The translations under genes were made by a program, and so were the position numbers. From IMG/VR virus record IMGVR_UViG_3300029288_000007, positions 27,724 to 91,723 of that record: DNA of 64,000 nt. One strand, given 5' to 3'. Origin of the DNA: a virus (Duplodnaviria > Caudoviricetes). Positions 9,592-19,205 of this stretch are shown here, in pieces. The number at the start of each line of letters is the position of its first letter. The stretch's first letter is position 1. The notes below the pieces were generated by a model. That model did no database searches, was not told the DNA's origin, and saw nothing but the letters and a program-made list of their open reading frames with translations.

Positions 9592-9899
9592 TGGTTTTTC
9601 CTTTTTATTTTTATTATACTCCCATCCTGCATTTTTCCTGAAATTATCTTTTGCTCCTCGGCATCAACAATCTCAATTTTAGTATGATAAAGTTCTCTTT
9701 CCAATTTTATCAACTGAATATGATTGTCAACCTTTAATAAAACGGCAGGGACTTGTAAATATTGGCCTCTGAAACACTCAACAGATTGACACCACAATAT
9801 TGGTTCGCCAACATATTCCCGGTAATATTGATGACTGTATTCACTAATTTTTATTTGCAGATTGTTCTCCATTCTTACTTTTTTTATTTTCCTTTTCAA
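9462..9899 (-). CDS. hypothetical protein
   Basis: Probable start 9872; long 3' overlap with next gene makes the end uncertain. Confidence 0.4.
   Translation of the reverse strand: MKRKIKKVRMENNLQIKISEYSHQYYREYVGEPILWCQSVECFRGQYLQVPAVLLKVDNHIQLIKLERELYHTKIEIVDAEEQKIISGKMQDGSIIKIKRKNQCWIWLKKKSLLFQKFLPLTMFRWASGIGMCIKKMEATKKKDG
9613..9645 (-). promoter_or_regulatory. putative phage promoter (GGAGTATAAT family)
   Basis: AATTTCAG...GGGAGTATAAT upstream of the 640-aa gene. Confidence 0.6.
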
Positions 9900-10038
9900 T
9901 TTTCTTCAAACGGTTATATTCTTCTTGCTTCAGCATAATGACGTTGCCATTAGGGTGAACCCACAGAACGACCTTATTTTCCCATACTCTAAAAACGCAT
10001 TGCATAAATTGGTACATTCTTTTCCCGGCTTTAATCAT
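9844..10038 (-). CDS. hypothetical protein
   Basis: 64-aa ORF with SD. Confidence 0.5.
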   Translation of the reverse strand: MIKAGKRMYQFMQCVFRVWENKVVLWVHPNGNVIMLKQEEYNRLKKIEKENKKSKNGEQSANKN

Positions 10039-10050
10039 TTTAGTTTCCTT

Positions 10051-10614
10051 TCATCTTCCAATGATTTTATCATATATCCCTTTTGCTAATTTCGCATCAT
10101 AAAGGGCATCGTGAAGATTATTTTCATCAAACTCAAGACCAAAATACTTTGCCACAGTACTCTGCTTAAAATTCACAAGCTCGTGGCGGCGGCCAATTAT
10201 ATGTTGCATTGCCAAAACCATTAAATCAATCGGCGGATGCCAAAACCAACTACCGTAATAATCATCGCCATTTTTATGATACCATTGACGCATAACCTCT
10301 GAATCAAATTCCGCTCCAAAATTGATAAAATAAAATTTATCATTTTTATCATACTTGTCGATATATCGCCCCAACAGCGCTTGGAATTTGTCAAAGACTT
10401 CGCCCGGGTCTGGCTTTTCAGCCAATTTCTCAATAGTCAAATCATGCATATGCAAGGCCGCTTCATCAATATCGTCCCCTTTAAAGATATCGCACTCAAA
10501 AAGAAACTCCTCAGAACGTTTACCTACCTCAATGATGCCGCCAAATTGCCAAAGGCCACATTTATGACGATTGACACTTGTTGTTTCTGTGTCCAAAAAT
10601 ATTCTTTTAACCAT
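10051..10614 (-). CDS. DEDDh 3'-5' exonuclease (Pol III epsilon-like)
   Basis: ExoI FLDTETT, ExoII NFGAEFD, ExoIII HDALYD. Confidence 0.9.
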   Translation of the reverse strand: MVKRIFLDTETTSVNRHKCGLWQFGGIIEVGKRSEEFLFECDIFKGDDIDEAALHMHDLTIEKLAEKPDPGEVFDKFQALLGRYIDKYDKNDKFYFINFGAEFDSEVMRQWYHKNGDDYYGSWFWHPPIDLMVLAMQHIIGRRHELVNFKQSTVAKYFGLEFDENNLHDALYDAKLAKGIYDKIIGR

Positions 10615-11023
10615 CGCTCAAATCCTTTCGAACTTTCATTAATAATTTGCCCAAATTATTTTGCCCTTTGCCATTATAAACTCCCCAAAACTCATCGCCC
10701 CAATAGTTCCCTTCTATTAATTCTTGAACTCCAGTTTCCAACAACAGGGCCTTTAAATCCGGGTCAGCAAATTTGAGACGCAACCCTTTTTCCATAACTT
10801 CCAATTTAATTTCTTCCCAGTCATAACGCAAAACAAGGTCTCTCCCGGCGCGTTTTGCCTGTCCGGGCCTCATTTGAGAAATTTCCCTTTTGCGAACGAC
10901 GCTAAATGTCTTTTGCGCTTGATAAAAAGCCTCCACAGACAAATAGGCAATTCCTTCATAAACTATTCTGCAAGGATAAAAATTGCTTAAAAAACGATAA
11001 CTCCCTTGAAATTCCTTTATCAT
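10607..11023 (-). CDS. NADAR family (YbiA/DUF1768) hydrolase
   Basis: FLSNFY, SVEAFYQAQK, LIEGNYWGDEFWG, GQNNLGKLLMKVR. Confidence 0.92.
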   Translation of the reverse strand: MIKEFQGSYRFLSNFYPCRIVYEGIAYLSVEAFYQAQKTFSVVRKREISQMRPGQAKRAGRDLVLRYDWEEIKLEVMEKGLRLKFADPDLKALLLETGVQELIEGNYWGDEFWGVYNGKGQNNLGKLLMKVRKDLSDG

Positions 11024-11583
11024 ATAGACACCCTGTCCAAAAAATCATTGACTATTTTACAATTTGGGCAAACGCGGTCGTAACTCTTATCCGGATAAAT
11101 CCGCGACTCAAAACTCTTTTCGCAACTCAAACATAAAACTAACATTGTTTCTTCTTCTTTTTTTCGCGGCCCTCTTTTCTTTTTTTCGCGCTTATAATTC
11201 CCTTCTTTTCTGCGACAAATAATGCAAAAATTAGATTCTTTTAAATTGAATAAGGTTATGGAACGTTGTTGATGACAACCTTCGCAAATTCTCTTGCGAC
11301 CATAATTGCTAATTTTTAAAATATTTCTGCGGATGTGATAAATTAACTTACAATCCATCTTTAGAACAGCGCTGATTTCGCTGTCTAACTTACCTTCTTC
11401 GGCTGACATCCGTCTGATTTTATCGTATAATTCTTGCCTTGCTGGGTCTTGCTTCCCCTGCTTTTCCAGATGCGTCATTATGAATTTTCTCCTTTTTTTC
11501 AGGAACAACTTCGCCCGGGCTTTGAACAATATGAGATTTAACTCCATCATGCGCAAATCTAAAAACCTTATCGCCAATCTCAA
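11020..11583 (-). CDS. HTH plus zinc-finger hypothetical protein
   Basis: Four CxxC pairs; true start probably 11478. Confidence 0.6.
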   Translation of the reverse strand: MRLAIRFLDLRMMELNLILFKARAKLFLKKRRKFIMTHLEKQGKQDPARQELYDKIRRMSAEEGKLDSEISAVLKMDCKLIYHIRRNILKISNYGRKRICEGCHQQRSITLFNLKESNFCIICRRKEGNYKREKKKRGPRKKEEETMLVLCLSCEKSFESRIYPDKSYDRVCPNCKIVNDFLDRVSI

Positions 11584-12124
11584 TTAATTCCTCATCATGC
11601 GTAACTATTATCAATTGCAAGCCTAATTTATGTGAAATTTCCTTGAGAACCCGGCCACCAAGCTGAATAAGCTTGCCCATATTTTTCATTGGTTCATCAA
11701 GAACAATCACATTCCTGCTACGAGGAGTTTGCAACGACCATAAAACTATTCTGAACGCAAAAGAAATAATATCAAGTATGCCGCCACCAACGTCATATTC
11801 CGGGTCGTCATAAATCTTATTCCCTTCTGAAATAAACGGTTTGCACTCCATTCTATTTCTTTTCCGTTCAAACTCCAAATGAAACTCAAAAGGTCTGTCA
11901 AAAACACTCCTTATTGCCACTGTAACCAATCCTTCAACCTTATCCTGGAAGCGCCTCTGGGTCTGTTGAGCAACCTCGGTTAATACCCAACGCGCCTTAA
12001 CCATTCTCTCATATGAAATCTTAAAGGAAGAAAGGCTTTGCTTTTTATTTGAAAGACTGCCCTCAAGCAATTCTTTTTTTGCTTTAATTTGATTGAATTC
12101 ATTAATAATTTCTGGTATTGTCAT
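11420..12124 (-). CDS. SbcC/Rad50 C-terminal half (split gene)
   Basis: Coiled coil, degenerate signature VGGG, Walker B IVLDEP, H-loop VTHD; no Walker A; GAGG SD before ATG 12124. Confidence 0.85.
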   Translation of the reverse strand: MTIPEIINEFNQIKAKKELLEGSLSNKKQSLSSFKISYERMVKARWVLTEVAQQTQRRFQDKVEGLVTVAIRSVFDRPFEFHLEFERKRNRMECKPFISEGNKIYDDPEYDVGGGILDIISFAFRIVLWSLQTPRSRNVIVLDEPMKNMGKLIQLGGRVLKEISHKLGLQLIIVTHDEELIEIGDKVFRFAHDGVKSHIVQSPGEVVPEKKEKIHNDASGKAGEARPSKARIIR

Positions 12125-12795
12125 GATTCCTCTATGTTTGGTTGAAACCAGAACTGGTTTAATTCCGGGCAATACGCGGTTAAATTGCCATACATTTCCT
12201 GATTCTTTACAAAAACACCATTATCAACATGAATAATGTTTGTTTTTCCTTCCTTTAACAAATCTGATTGATTCTCAATATCTGTAATTTTCCAAGGAGT
12301 ATGCCCACATATCAAAAGCTTTTGGGTATCATTAGAAAAAGAACGTTCCCAAAGAAAAATATCTTCTGTGGTTTTTTCTATTGTCCCATTTATCCCGGCG
12401 TGAACACAGATAAACTTTTCTGTCTCATAATAGAGGGGCAAATCGCCAACAAAAGAAACAAAAGTGTCCAATGGAATGTTTGCATTATGAAAAGAAAGGG
12501 CTGTTTGGGCGCCACCATTAGACAGCCACAAAGAAAGGTCTTCTTGCCTTTCCAATTTGTCATCAGCAGGATTTTTGAAATTAATCAAATAAAACTCTTC
12601 ATGATTGCCTTTCAAAAAGATGGTTCCTTTTTTCATTGTTTGTAACAAAGCTAAAACCTCAAATGACCGAGGGCCTCTGTCAATATAATCGCCCAAAAAA
12701 ACGATTACGTCTCTTTTCTTTACGGGCAATTGTTTTAATAATGCCATCAAGGTTGAAAAACAACCATGAACATCCCCAATAACAAAATGTCTCAT
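12121..12795 (-). CDS. Ser/Thr protein phosphatase (lambda-PP-like metallophosphoesterase)
   Basis: GDVHG, GDYIDRG, GNHE, VHAG, GHT. Confidence 0.9.
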   Translation of the reverse strand: MRHFVIGDVHGCFSTLMALLKQLPVKKRDVIVFLGDYIDRGPRSFEVLALLQTMKKGTIFLKGNHEEFYLINFKNPADDKLERQEDLSLWLSNGGAQTALSFHNANIPLDTFVSFVGDLPLYYETEKFICVHAGINGTIEKTTEDIFLWERSFSNDTQKLLICGHTPWKITDIENQSDLLKEGKTNIIHVDNGVFVKNQEMYGNLTAYCPELNQFWFQPNIEES

Positions 12796-13040
12796 CTGTA
12801 TTTCTCCAGCATCTTCCGGGCCGTTTCTATTAATTCGTCCCTTTGTTCTGTCTTGACTTCAATATCGGCCTTCATAGCTTCCAGTTTTTTATAAGCCTCA
12901 TCAATTGTCTCAACAGAAAACTCTTTTTTTATTTGTTCAAGAACGGTTTGTAAAGAGCCTTCATTTTGAGCAATTTCCGTTTTTAGCCTATCAACTTTAC
13001 TTTTCAATTCTTCCAATGTTTTTTCTTCTTTCTCCGCCAT
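12792..13040 (-). CDS. small coiled-coil protein
   Basis: Heptad-rich 82 aa between the SbcC halves. Confidence 0.7.
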   Translation of the reverse strand: MAEKEEKTLEELKSKVDRLKTEIAQNEGSLQTVLEQIKKEFSVETIDEAYKKLEAMKADIEVKTEQRDELIETARKMLEKYR

Positions 13041-13222
13041 TATTCAGGCCCTCCAAAATTTTCTCTGTATTTCAATTCTTTTTTTATTTGTTCACACAAC
13101 ACAAAATTGTTCTCTCTGATATTCTTTTCTCCAATAAACCATTTAAGATAATCTGTCGGAACATCTTCAATATCTTTGCCCCGGTGCTTCCCAAAAGGAA
13201 TTTGACCCATTGACTCAGCCAT
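13040..13222 (-). CDS. DUF3820-like small protein
   Basis: IPFGKHRGKDIEDVPTDYLKW. Confidence 0.75.
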   Translation of the reverse strand: MAESMGQIPFGKHRGKDIEDVPTDYLKWFIGEKNIRENNFVLCEQIKKELKYRENFGGPE

Positions 13223-14120
13223 TCATTATCTCCGACAAAATATCAACAACAGGTTGTTCAATCTTATTTTCCTTAACAAATTGCCATAAATTTTCCTGAA
13301 AAGAAACTCCTTCAACCGCTTTGCTTTCTCCAAGCGCTTCCACAAAATTGTCCAACATTTGTTCCGTTTCCTTCTTGCGTTCTATATGGTCTCTACTCAA
13401 AACCTTTTCCGCCGGAGCGCAAGGGATATCAACCCATTCAATTTCTCTTGTATCTGTATCATACACAACAAACCCCGGGTTGTGTTTAAAATTATATTCA
13501 GTTGCTTCTTGCCGCATCATTGGGCCAACATTGACTATTGCCCGACCTTCCTTTTCAAAACAGAACATGCGGTGAACATCAGCGCAAAGAATTAAATCAT
13601 AATCAGATTTTTCCTTGAGATAAAGCGACATCTCAGAAAACTTATGGTCTGGGTATAAGGCCCTATCAGAAACGGAAGCATGAATAACGCCCACAGTAAA
13701 ACCTTTTCTTGGAACCTTGCCCAAGCTTTGCCCGAAACTTGCCCCAAATACTTGCACCTTCCCTCCATCTAAAACAACCGGCGCTTCAGGATTCAATATT
13801 GTTACCAACCCGGCCTTTTCCAAAACGCCCAAATTGGTTCTATCTCTGGTCTCCTCAGAATACATATAAGTATCATGCTGACCAAACACTCCGTAATAAG
13901 GGACGCCATATTTTTTCATAAATAAAATCAAAAGAGGCAACAAGAACCAACTTCTGGGTTTGTCGCAAAGATCTCCGGCCTGAAAAATAACCGCGCCGAT
14001 TTTTCGAGCATATTCAAAAACAAAAGACAATTTGACCCATTGTTCAACAGTCAAATCATCAAGCCGAGCAACCGGATTTTCAAAAATTAAATGTATATCT
14101 GACAGGCCAACAATTCTCAT
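13215..14120 (-). CDS. SbcD/Mre11-like nuclease
   Basis: SDIHL, AGDLCD, GQHD, ADVH motifs. Confidence 0.88.
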   Translation of the reverse strand: MRIVGLSDIHLIFENPVARLDDLTVEQWVKLSFVFEYARKIGAVIFQAGDLCDKPRSWFLLPLLILFMKKYGVPYYGVFGQHDTYMYSEETRDRTNLGVLEKAGLVTILNPEAPVVLDGGKVQVFGASFGQSLGKVPRKGFTVGVIHASVSDRALYPDHKFSEMSLYLKEKSDYDLILCADVHRMFCFEKEGRAIVNVGPMMRQEATEYNFKHNPGFVVYDTDTREIEWVDIPCAPAEKVLSRDHIERKKETEQMLDNFVEALGESKAVEGVSFQENLWQFVKENKIEQPVVDILSEIMNG

Positions 14121-15364
14121 AAGCTCTTTTCAACCTCTTTCATTTGATTATCCGTCAATGAACAATGAAGAATGCCCGGACAACGTCTTGATTCCTTCAA
14201 CAAGGACATATACCTTTTCCTTGCTTCTTTTAACTGACCATTTCCTTCCTCGCAATTTGCCTGAAACAATCTATAATCCTCCAACAACAAATCAAGAGTT
14301 TGAAGCCGCGTTTTATCTATTGTTACTATTTTACTAGAGAGTCCCGAAAATTCCGTAAAAATCTTTTTCTTTTCTTTTTGGTCTGATGATAATTCCAAAT
14401 AAGCATTGTAAAGATAATTCAATCTGTTAAAAGGCCGGGTATCAAAACTGGATTTTTCTATTTTCCCCAATAATGGTTCCAATTCTGATAATTGAGCAGA
14501 CATCCTTTGTTTTTCATTTTTTAAATTGTCATACTTGCTTAATTGAGACATCAAATTGTGAAACAAATCAATATCTCTTTGCAATTTATCCGCCCGGGAG
14601 ATATATTTCTCTGCTTTAAGAAAAGCCTTCAAATTTTCCTGAGTTCTATACTTCTCTTCATAAACCACCAAATCCCTATCCAAATGGGAATGTTTTATTT
14701 GTAAAGAATTTAATTCCCCTTGAGTAGCCGAGAGCTTGTTTACAATCAATCCAGTTTCGTCCAAATCTGCGTACCGGGCCAATTCTATTTCCCCAAACTT
14801 GATATCCTCCTCGTAAGAGATTATGGACCGATTTACGTCATTTATTTTGGAAGACAAAGTGGACACCCATTCATCCACCTTTTCCAAATTTGTAATTCTA
14901 TTAATTGTCCGGGCAATTTCTCCTGCAGAAGTGGAAATTAAAAAGGGAGAATCAAACTGACGCTGGTCGTTTAATTCTGATAAATTTAACAATTCCTTTA
15001 CTTGGTCTGGTACAGATTCCCCCACGCCGGTGAAGGAAAACTTTTCGCCTTGAACTTCCAGGTTATAGGTTGTTGATTTAAGTTCCTTCTCCCCTTTTTT
15101 AGTCGTCCTGACGTCCTTAATAATTTCAACCTTGCCTTCTGGCAATTCCAAGTCAATTATCGTTTCCCCTTTATCCCCTGCAAAATTTGAAAAGAATCTA
15201 GCGCCAGAGGGCCGGTTGTCAACCAACAGGCGCTTGGCTCTGAGTACGGAAGATTTTCCAACCGTACTCAGGCCCTGCAGCACGTTGACAAAAGGGGAAA
15301 ACTCCAGAAAAGTATCTTCGTGACTTTGAAACTTTCTAATTCTTAATGATTTAAACACGGTCAA
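14117..15364 (-). CDS. SbcC/Rad50 N-terminal half (split gene)
   Basis: IRKFQSH, Walker A GLSTVGKS, Q-loop QRQFD, coiled coil ending in hook-like CPGILHC. Confidence 0.85.
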   Translation of the reverse strand: MTVFKSLRIRKFQSHEDTFLEFSPFVNVLQGLSTVGKSSVLRAKRLLVDNRPSGARFFSNFAGDKGETIIDLELPEGKVEIIKDVRTTKKGEKELKSTTYNLEVQGEKFSFTGVGESVPDQVKELLNLSELNDQRQFDSPFLISTSAGEIARTINRITNLEKVDEWVSTLSSKINDVNRSIISYEEDIKFGEIELARYADLDETGLIVNKLSATQGELNSLQIKHSHLDRDLVVYEEKYRTQENLKAFLKAEKYISRADKLQRDIDLFHNLMSQLSKYDNLKNEKQRMSAQLSELEPLLGKIEKSSFDTRPFNRLNYLYNAYLELSSDQKEKKKIFTEFSGLSSKIVTIDKTRLQTLDLLLEDYRLFQANCEEGNGQLKEARKRYMSLLKESRRCPGILHCSLTDNQMKEVEKSL

Positions 15365-15771
15365 GCCTCTATTATTTTTATTGGATATGTCGCTTCAACC
15401 AATTTCTTTTTTACTTTATAAACATCTGTTCGGCATCCTTTAACATCAACGTACCGAACTGAACCATCGGTCAAAAATTCGACAAAATCAACTACATATT
15501 TCACTCCCCCAGGCAGCAAAATTGGGATTTGCCTCAAAAAATATTTCACTTCTCCCAAATGAACCCGGGCCTTGAGTTCTAAATAATACCTAGATTCCTT
15601 TTTTGATTGAAATTTCATGCCGTCCACTTCTGTCATTATTGCATGGAACTTATTATTGCTGACTGGAGGCGGAGAAAAAAGATTGTCTGCCGGTTTTCCG
15701 CTCTTCATCCGGGCAAGCAATTCTTTTAACGCATTCTCATCTTTTAAATGTAAAATACTATTGCCGGCCAA
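15361..15771 (-). CDS. DUF1064-like PD-(D/E)XK endonuclease
   Basis: FQSKKE...YVVDF...DVKG; TTG start at 15771 with GGAGG SD. Confidence 0.8.
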   Translation of the reverse strand: MAGNSILHLKDENALKELLARMKSGKPADNLFSPPPVSNNKFHAIMTEVDGMKFQSKKESRYYLELKARVHLGEVKYFLRQIPILLPGGVKYVVDFVEFLTDGSVRYVDVKGCRTDVYKVKKKLVEATYPIKIIEA

Positions 15772-16633
15772 TTTGTCCTCCAAAAAAAGAATTTGTCCAC
15801 TTCTTTGTTTCTTCTCCTGACAATAATGACCGGAAACCATATTGACCAAAAGTCAAAGAAAACTTATCCTCGCTGATATTATCTTTTTCAATCCCTGAAA
15901 TCCTTATTGGTTTTCTTCCATTGAAAGGCAATCCAACCAAAGGGATATTAAAATCAATCAAATCTTTTGCGTCATCTATGCTTTTCTTTTTAACCCCATC
16001 CGGCAATAGTCCGGCAACATATTTCGCCGCGCTTGGTTCTGCCACTCCCTTCACTCCGATAACATTATCGGTCTTGCAACCCGCAATTGCTTTGACCCTA
16101 ATCCAATCAAAAGGTTTAAGACCATGCCAGTTTTTAGTAAACCAAGCCTCATCAATCAATTCCTTAAAATCCCATCGTCTGACGGGATTAAACCTATGGT
16201 CAACCAACAATTGCAATAAATCATTATCAGAGGAAACAATAACAGTATCGTCTGGAAACCGGGCTACTATCCAAGCAATCAAATCGTCAGATTCATAGCC
16301 GGTTTGATGAAAAATATTAACAAAACCCATGTATGGCAAAATCTTCTCTCTTAATTCGTCAAATTGAACAAACGCCAATTCAGAATCAGCACGTTCCTCA
16401 TCAGAAGCATATTGCTGCCGGTTTGCCTTATAATCTGGACAAATCAATTTTCTGTAAGATTGTTTAGAGTCCCAACAAAAGATAAAATCCCTTGTTTTAA
16501 AATCATAAGAAAGTTTTAATATTTGTTTTAAAAAGCCAAAAATAACTCCAACCTTCTTTTCATGATAAGAAAGGTTGCCCATTGTGTGTAAAGACCTGTA
16601 TCCTAAATAATTGCAATCAATAATCAATCTCAT
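15758..16633 (-). CDS. 5'-3' exonuclease / flap endonuclease
   Basis: LIIDCN, YKANR, ESDD, SSDNDLLQL, GCKTDNVIGVKGV. Confidence 0.92.
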   Translation of the reverse strand: MRLIIDCNYLGYRSLHTMGNLSYHEKKVGVIFGFLKQILKLSYDFKTRDFIFCWDSKQSYRKLICPDYKANRQQYASDEERADSELAFVQFDELREKILPYMGFVNIFHQTGYESDDLIAWIVARFPDDTVIVSSDNDLLQLLVDHRFNPVRRWDFKELIDEAWFTKNWHGLKPFDWIRVKAIAGCKTDNVIGVKGVAEPSAAKYVAGLLPDGVKKKSIDDAKDLIDFNIPLVGLPFNGRKPIRISGIEKDNISEDKFSLTFGQYGFRSLLSGEETKKWTNSFFGGQIGRQ

Positions 16634-16636
16634 CCG

Positions 16637-17779
16637 TCAATACCTTTTTGCTCTGTCAGGTTTAATCGCATTTTCAACTTCGTTCCAGGCCTTTTCCGTT
16701 CTATCAATCAATTCGTCCTGAAGATTTTCCGTTTCAATTTTACTTATCAATTCCGCCCGGCCATATTGCCGACCACCGGCTTCTATTTCCTTCTTGGATA
16801 AATTATCCCAATTGATTTTCTCTACTTTTGGCCCATATAAATAAGCCAAGCAAGAAGAAATATCATCAAGACCATAATCAAAAAGAATTTGAAATTCTGC
16901 TTCTCTAAAGGGTTTTGACACCTTGCTTCTTTCAATTACGGCCCGGGTGCGGACTCCATACACCCTGTCCTCTCCCCGGAAAGTCCTTTTCATTTTTTCT
17001 TCAGTGTATAACCACGGAACAACATGAGTATAAAAATTTAAAGCTTTTCCTCCGTTCCGTTTGTACTTTTTCCCATATGTAATCCCCATCGCTTCTCGAA
17101 TTTGAGAGACAATAATGAGGGTAACGTCCTTGCCTTCCATTTTATCGCATATGTTCCCGAAAAAAGAATCGCTCAAATATTTTGCCTTCTCTGCTCCGGC
17201 GCCATACGAACCATCTTCATCCTTCCCTTTCTTCGCGGCCTCATCAAACCGTTTTTGACTTTCAGAAGTGCACAACGCATCCAAAGAGTCCAAAATATAA
17301 AGCAAACACTCTCCCGGTTTATTCGCGTCAATTTCTCTCGTAAGTCTTCTCCCCCATTCTTGAACCGTTGATGAACGAACATAATCCGGACTCCCGGGTT
17401 TTGGAAAAACAGATTCCTTGAACTCCTTCCCATACATTTCTTCAATAGGGAAGTCCATAACCCCTTCAACGTTGTCGTAAATTATTTTTATTTTTTTTAT
17501 TTGAGGGAAATATTTTGATTTAATTTTTTTCCAATTATGAAAAAGCCAAGCGCAGACTTCTAAACACAACATTGTTTTCCCGCTTGAACCATCGCCAACA
17601 ACATTGCTGATTCGACCCCGGGGCCAACCGCCATTTTTCCCCAATTGAGAAATGGCCAAATTCAAAAGAGTGCAACATGTATTAAAAAATTCCAAAGCAA
17701 CAGAGCTTTTCTTTACTTCTGTAACAACTTCTTCTGGCTTATTGCTATCATCATCCTTGATGTCCCGACCAATTTTCAT
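16637..17779 (-). CDS. RecA/UvsX-like recombinase
   Basis: GGWPRGRI, Walker A GDGSSGKT, ILDSL, SQIRE, GGKALNFY. Confidence 0.9.
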   Translation of the reverse strand: MKIGRDIKDDDSNKPEEVVTEVKKSSVALEFFNTCCTLLNLAISQLGKNGGWPRGRISNVVGDGSSGKTMLCLEVCAWLFHNWKKIKSKYFPQIKKIKIIYDNVEGVMDFPIEEMYGKEFKESVFPKPGSPDYVRSSTVQEWGRRLTREIDANKPGECLLYILDSLDALCTSESQKRFDEAAKKGKDEDGSYGAGAEKAKYLSDSFFGNICDKMEGKDVTLIIVSQIREAMGITYGKKYKRNGGKALNFYTHVVPWLYTEEKMKRTFRGEDRVYGVRTRAVIERSKVSKPFREAEFQILFDYGLDDISSCLAYLYGPKVEKINWDNLSKKEIEAGGRQYGRAELISKIETENLQDELIDRTEKAWNEVENAIKPDRAKRY

Positions 17780-17799
17780 AATCACCTCTATTAAAGTAA

Positions 17800-17859
17800 G
17801 CGAGAGCCGGGTCAGGACTGGGGCTCCCCGGATGGTCCGTCAACGCCGGACTCTCTCGC
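17800..17859 (-). terminator. GC-rich branched hairpin after SSB gene (terminator or processing site)
   Basis: GCGAGAG...CTCTCGC outer stem with inner stems. Confidence 0.45.
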
Positions 17860-17869
17860 CACAAAAGAA

Positions 17870-19045
17870 TTATCTGGCTGCGCGCTCAAGCCTGTCGCTT
17901 TCTTTGGCGCATTCCTTCCATGCGTTGCACTTCTCGCATTCCGGTTTTTCATCAATGTCCTTGCCAAACTCATGGCCAGAAGGGCATTCGTTCCCGGTTG
18001 ACGCCGGAGGAGGCGGAGGAGGCGGAGGAGTGTCTGTTGCCAACGGCGTTTTTGCTTTTTCCTGATTATCTTTGTTTTTCTTTGATTTTATTTCTGCCAA
18101 ACGTCTTTGAAGAATTGCTTCTTCGTCTTCTGGTTCAGCAGCAGGAGGAGCAGTTGTTGCTGCTGGCGGTTCTTCCGTTTTTGCTTTTCCCAAAGAAGCA
18201 GGGATGTCTTCCTTCTTTTCATACTTCGGAGAACGTTTCTCTGACGGCGGCGCTGATGCAGCCTGCTGGACAGCCGCGCCGTTCATCGGGACTCCCCAGA
18301 AAGATTCATATAAACTTGGCATTGTTGGCCAGGCAATCAATTCGTCCAGGGGTTGAGCGGCATCCGCAACTTCGTTTGTAATCGGAGAACGGCGGTCTTC
18401 GAATTTAACGCCAATAAACTTCGTTTTTTCATCAGTTCCCTGTCGCTCAAAGGAAATTGATTTGCCATCTTCAATATCCATATAAGCGATGTAATTTTCC
18501 AAAGAACTCATTTCGCCGGGCAAAGTAGATTTCTTTGAAATAACATCGAGAAACTGTTGCAGCAAATATGAAGAAGTTTCCCAAACTTGGCAACCTGCGC
18601 CCGGGTCTCGGCGGTCAAAAACGTTATAAATCGTGCGCGGCCAATTTGCGTAACGAAGGTTGTCCGTTTCTTCCTTTGTTGCTCCCTTGGCAACCTTTGC
18701 CCGATATTCCTTGCAAACTGGGCAATAACAACCTTTTCCGAAAATTTCTTCTCTCCGTTTAACATCCTTGAAAGTTTGCTCAATGCAAATTATATCTCCG
18801 CCGTCCTGGGCCGCGCCTTTATGTAAGAATATTCTCAAAACATACGCCATTGATTCTGCGGCGATGGGGTCAAATTTTCCCGACAAATAGGCGAGAATAT
18901 CAATCAAATTCGGGCCTTCCTTACACTTAAAAAACTTTGCCTGAATATCAGAACGGAACAAACTCCCTCTCCTTTGATAATGAGTTTGTTCTGTCTCCAT
19001 CCTTTTTTTCATTTCCTCTTTCATGCTACGTCTGCTATCTCTCAT
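17870..19045 (-). CDS. gp32-like single-stranded DNA-binding protein
   Basis: H..C..CPVC zinc site, YNVFDR, Pro/Ala linker, C-terminal Cys domain; AAGGAGG SD before ATG 19045; synteny with RecA. Confidence 0.7.
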   Translation of the reverse strand: MRDSRRSMKEEMKKRMETEQTHYQRRGSLFRSDIQAKFFKCKEGPNLIDILAYLSGKFDPIAAESMAYVLRIFLHKGAAQDGGDIICIEQTFKDVKRREEIFGKGCYCPVCKEYRAKVAKGATKEETDNLRYANWPRTIYNVFDRRDPGAGCQVWETSSYLLQQFLDVISKKSTLPGEMSSLENYIAYMDIEDGKSISFERQGTDEKTKFIGVKFEDRRSPITNEVADAAQPLDELIAWPTMPSLYESFWGVPMNGAAVQQAASAPPSEKRSPKYEKKEDIPASLGKAKTEEPPAATTAPPAAEPEDEEAILQRRLAEIKSKKNKDNQEKAKTPLATDTPPPPPPPPASTGNECPSGHEFGKDIDEKPECEKCNAWKECAKESDRLERAAR

Positions 19046-19202
19046 CTTTCTTTGCCTCCTTACGGTCAAATTTTATTTTTTTGACAAACCATAACTTTGC
19101 TTGAAAATAACTCCTGGCAGCGCCATAAGTTAAAAGCCTCCAAACAACGTATATAAACAAAATAATAAACGGCAAAAACACCAACTTGGTTTCAATCTCC
19201 AT
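19035..19202 (-). CDS. small membrane protein (55 aa, not in ORF track)
   Basis: MEIETKLVFLPFIILFIYVVW... fills the gap; GAGG SD. Confidence 0.55.
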   Translation of the reverse strand: MEIETKLVFLPFIILFIYVVWRLLTYGAARSYFQAKLWFVKKIKFDRKEAKKDER

Positions 19203-19205
19203 TGG

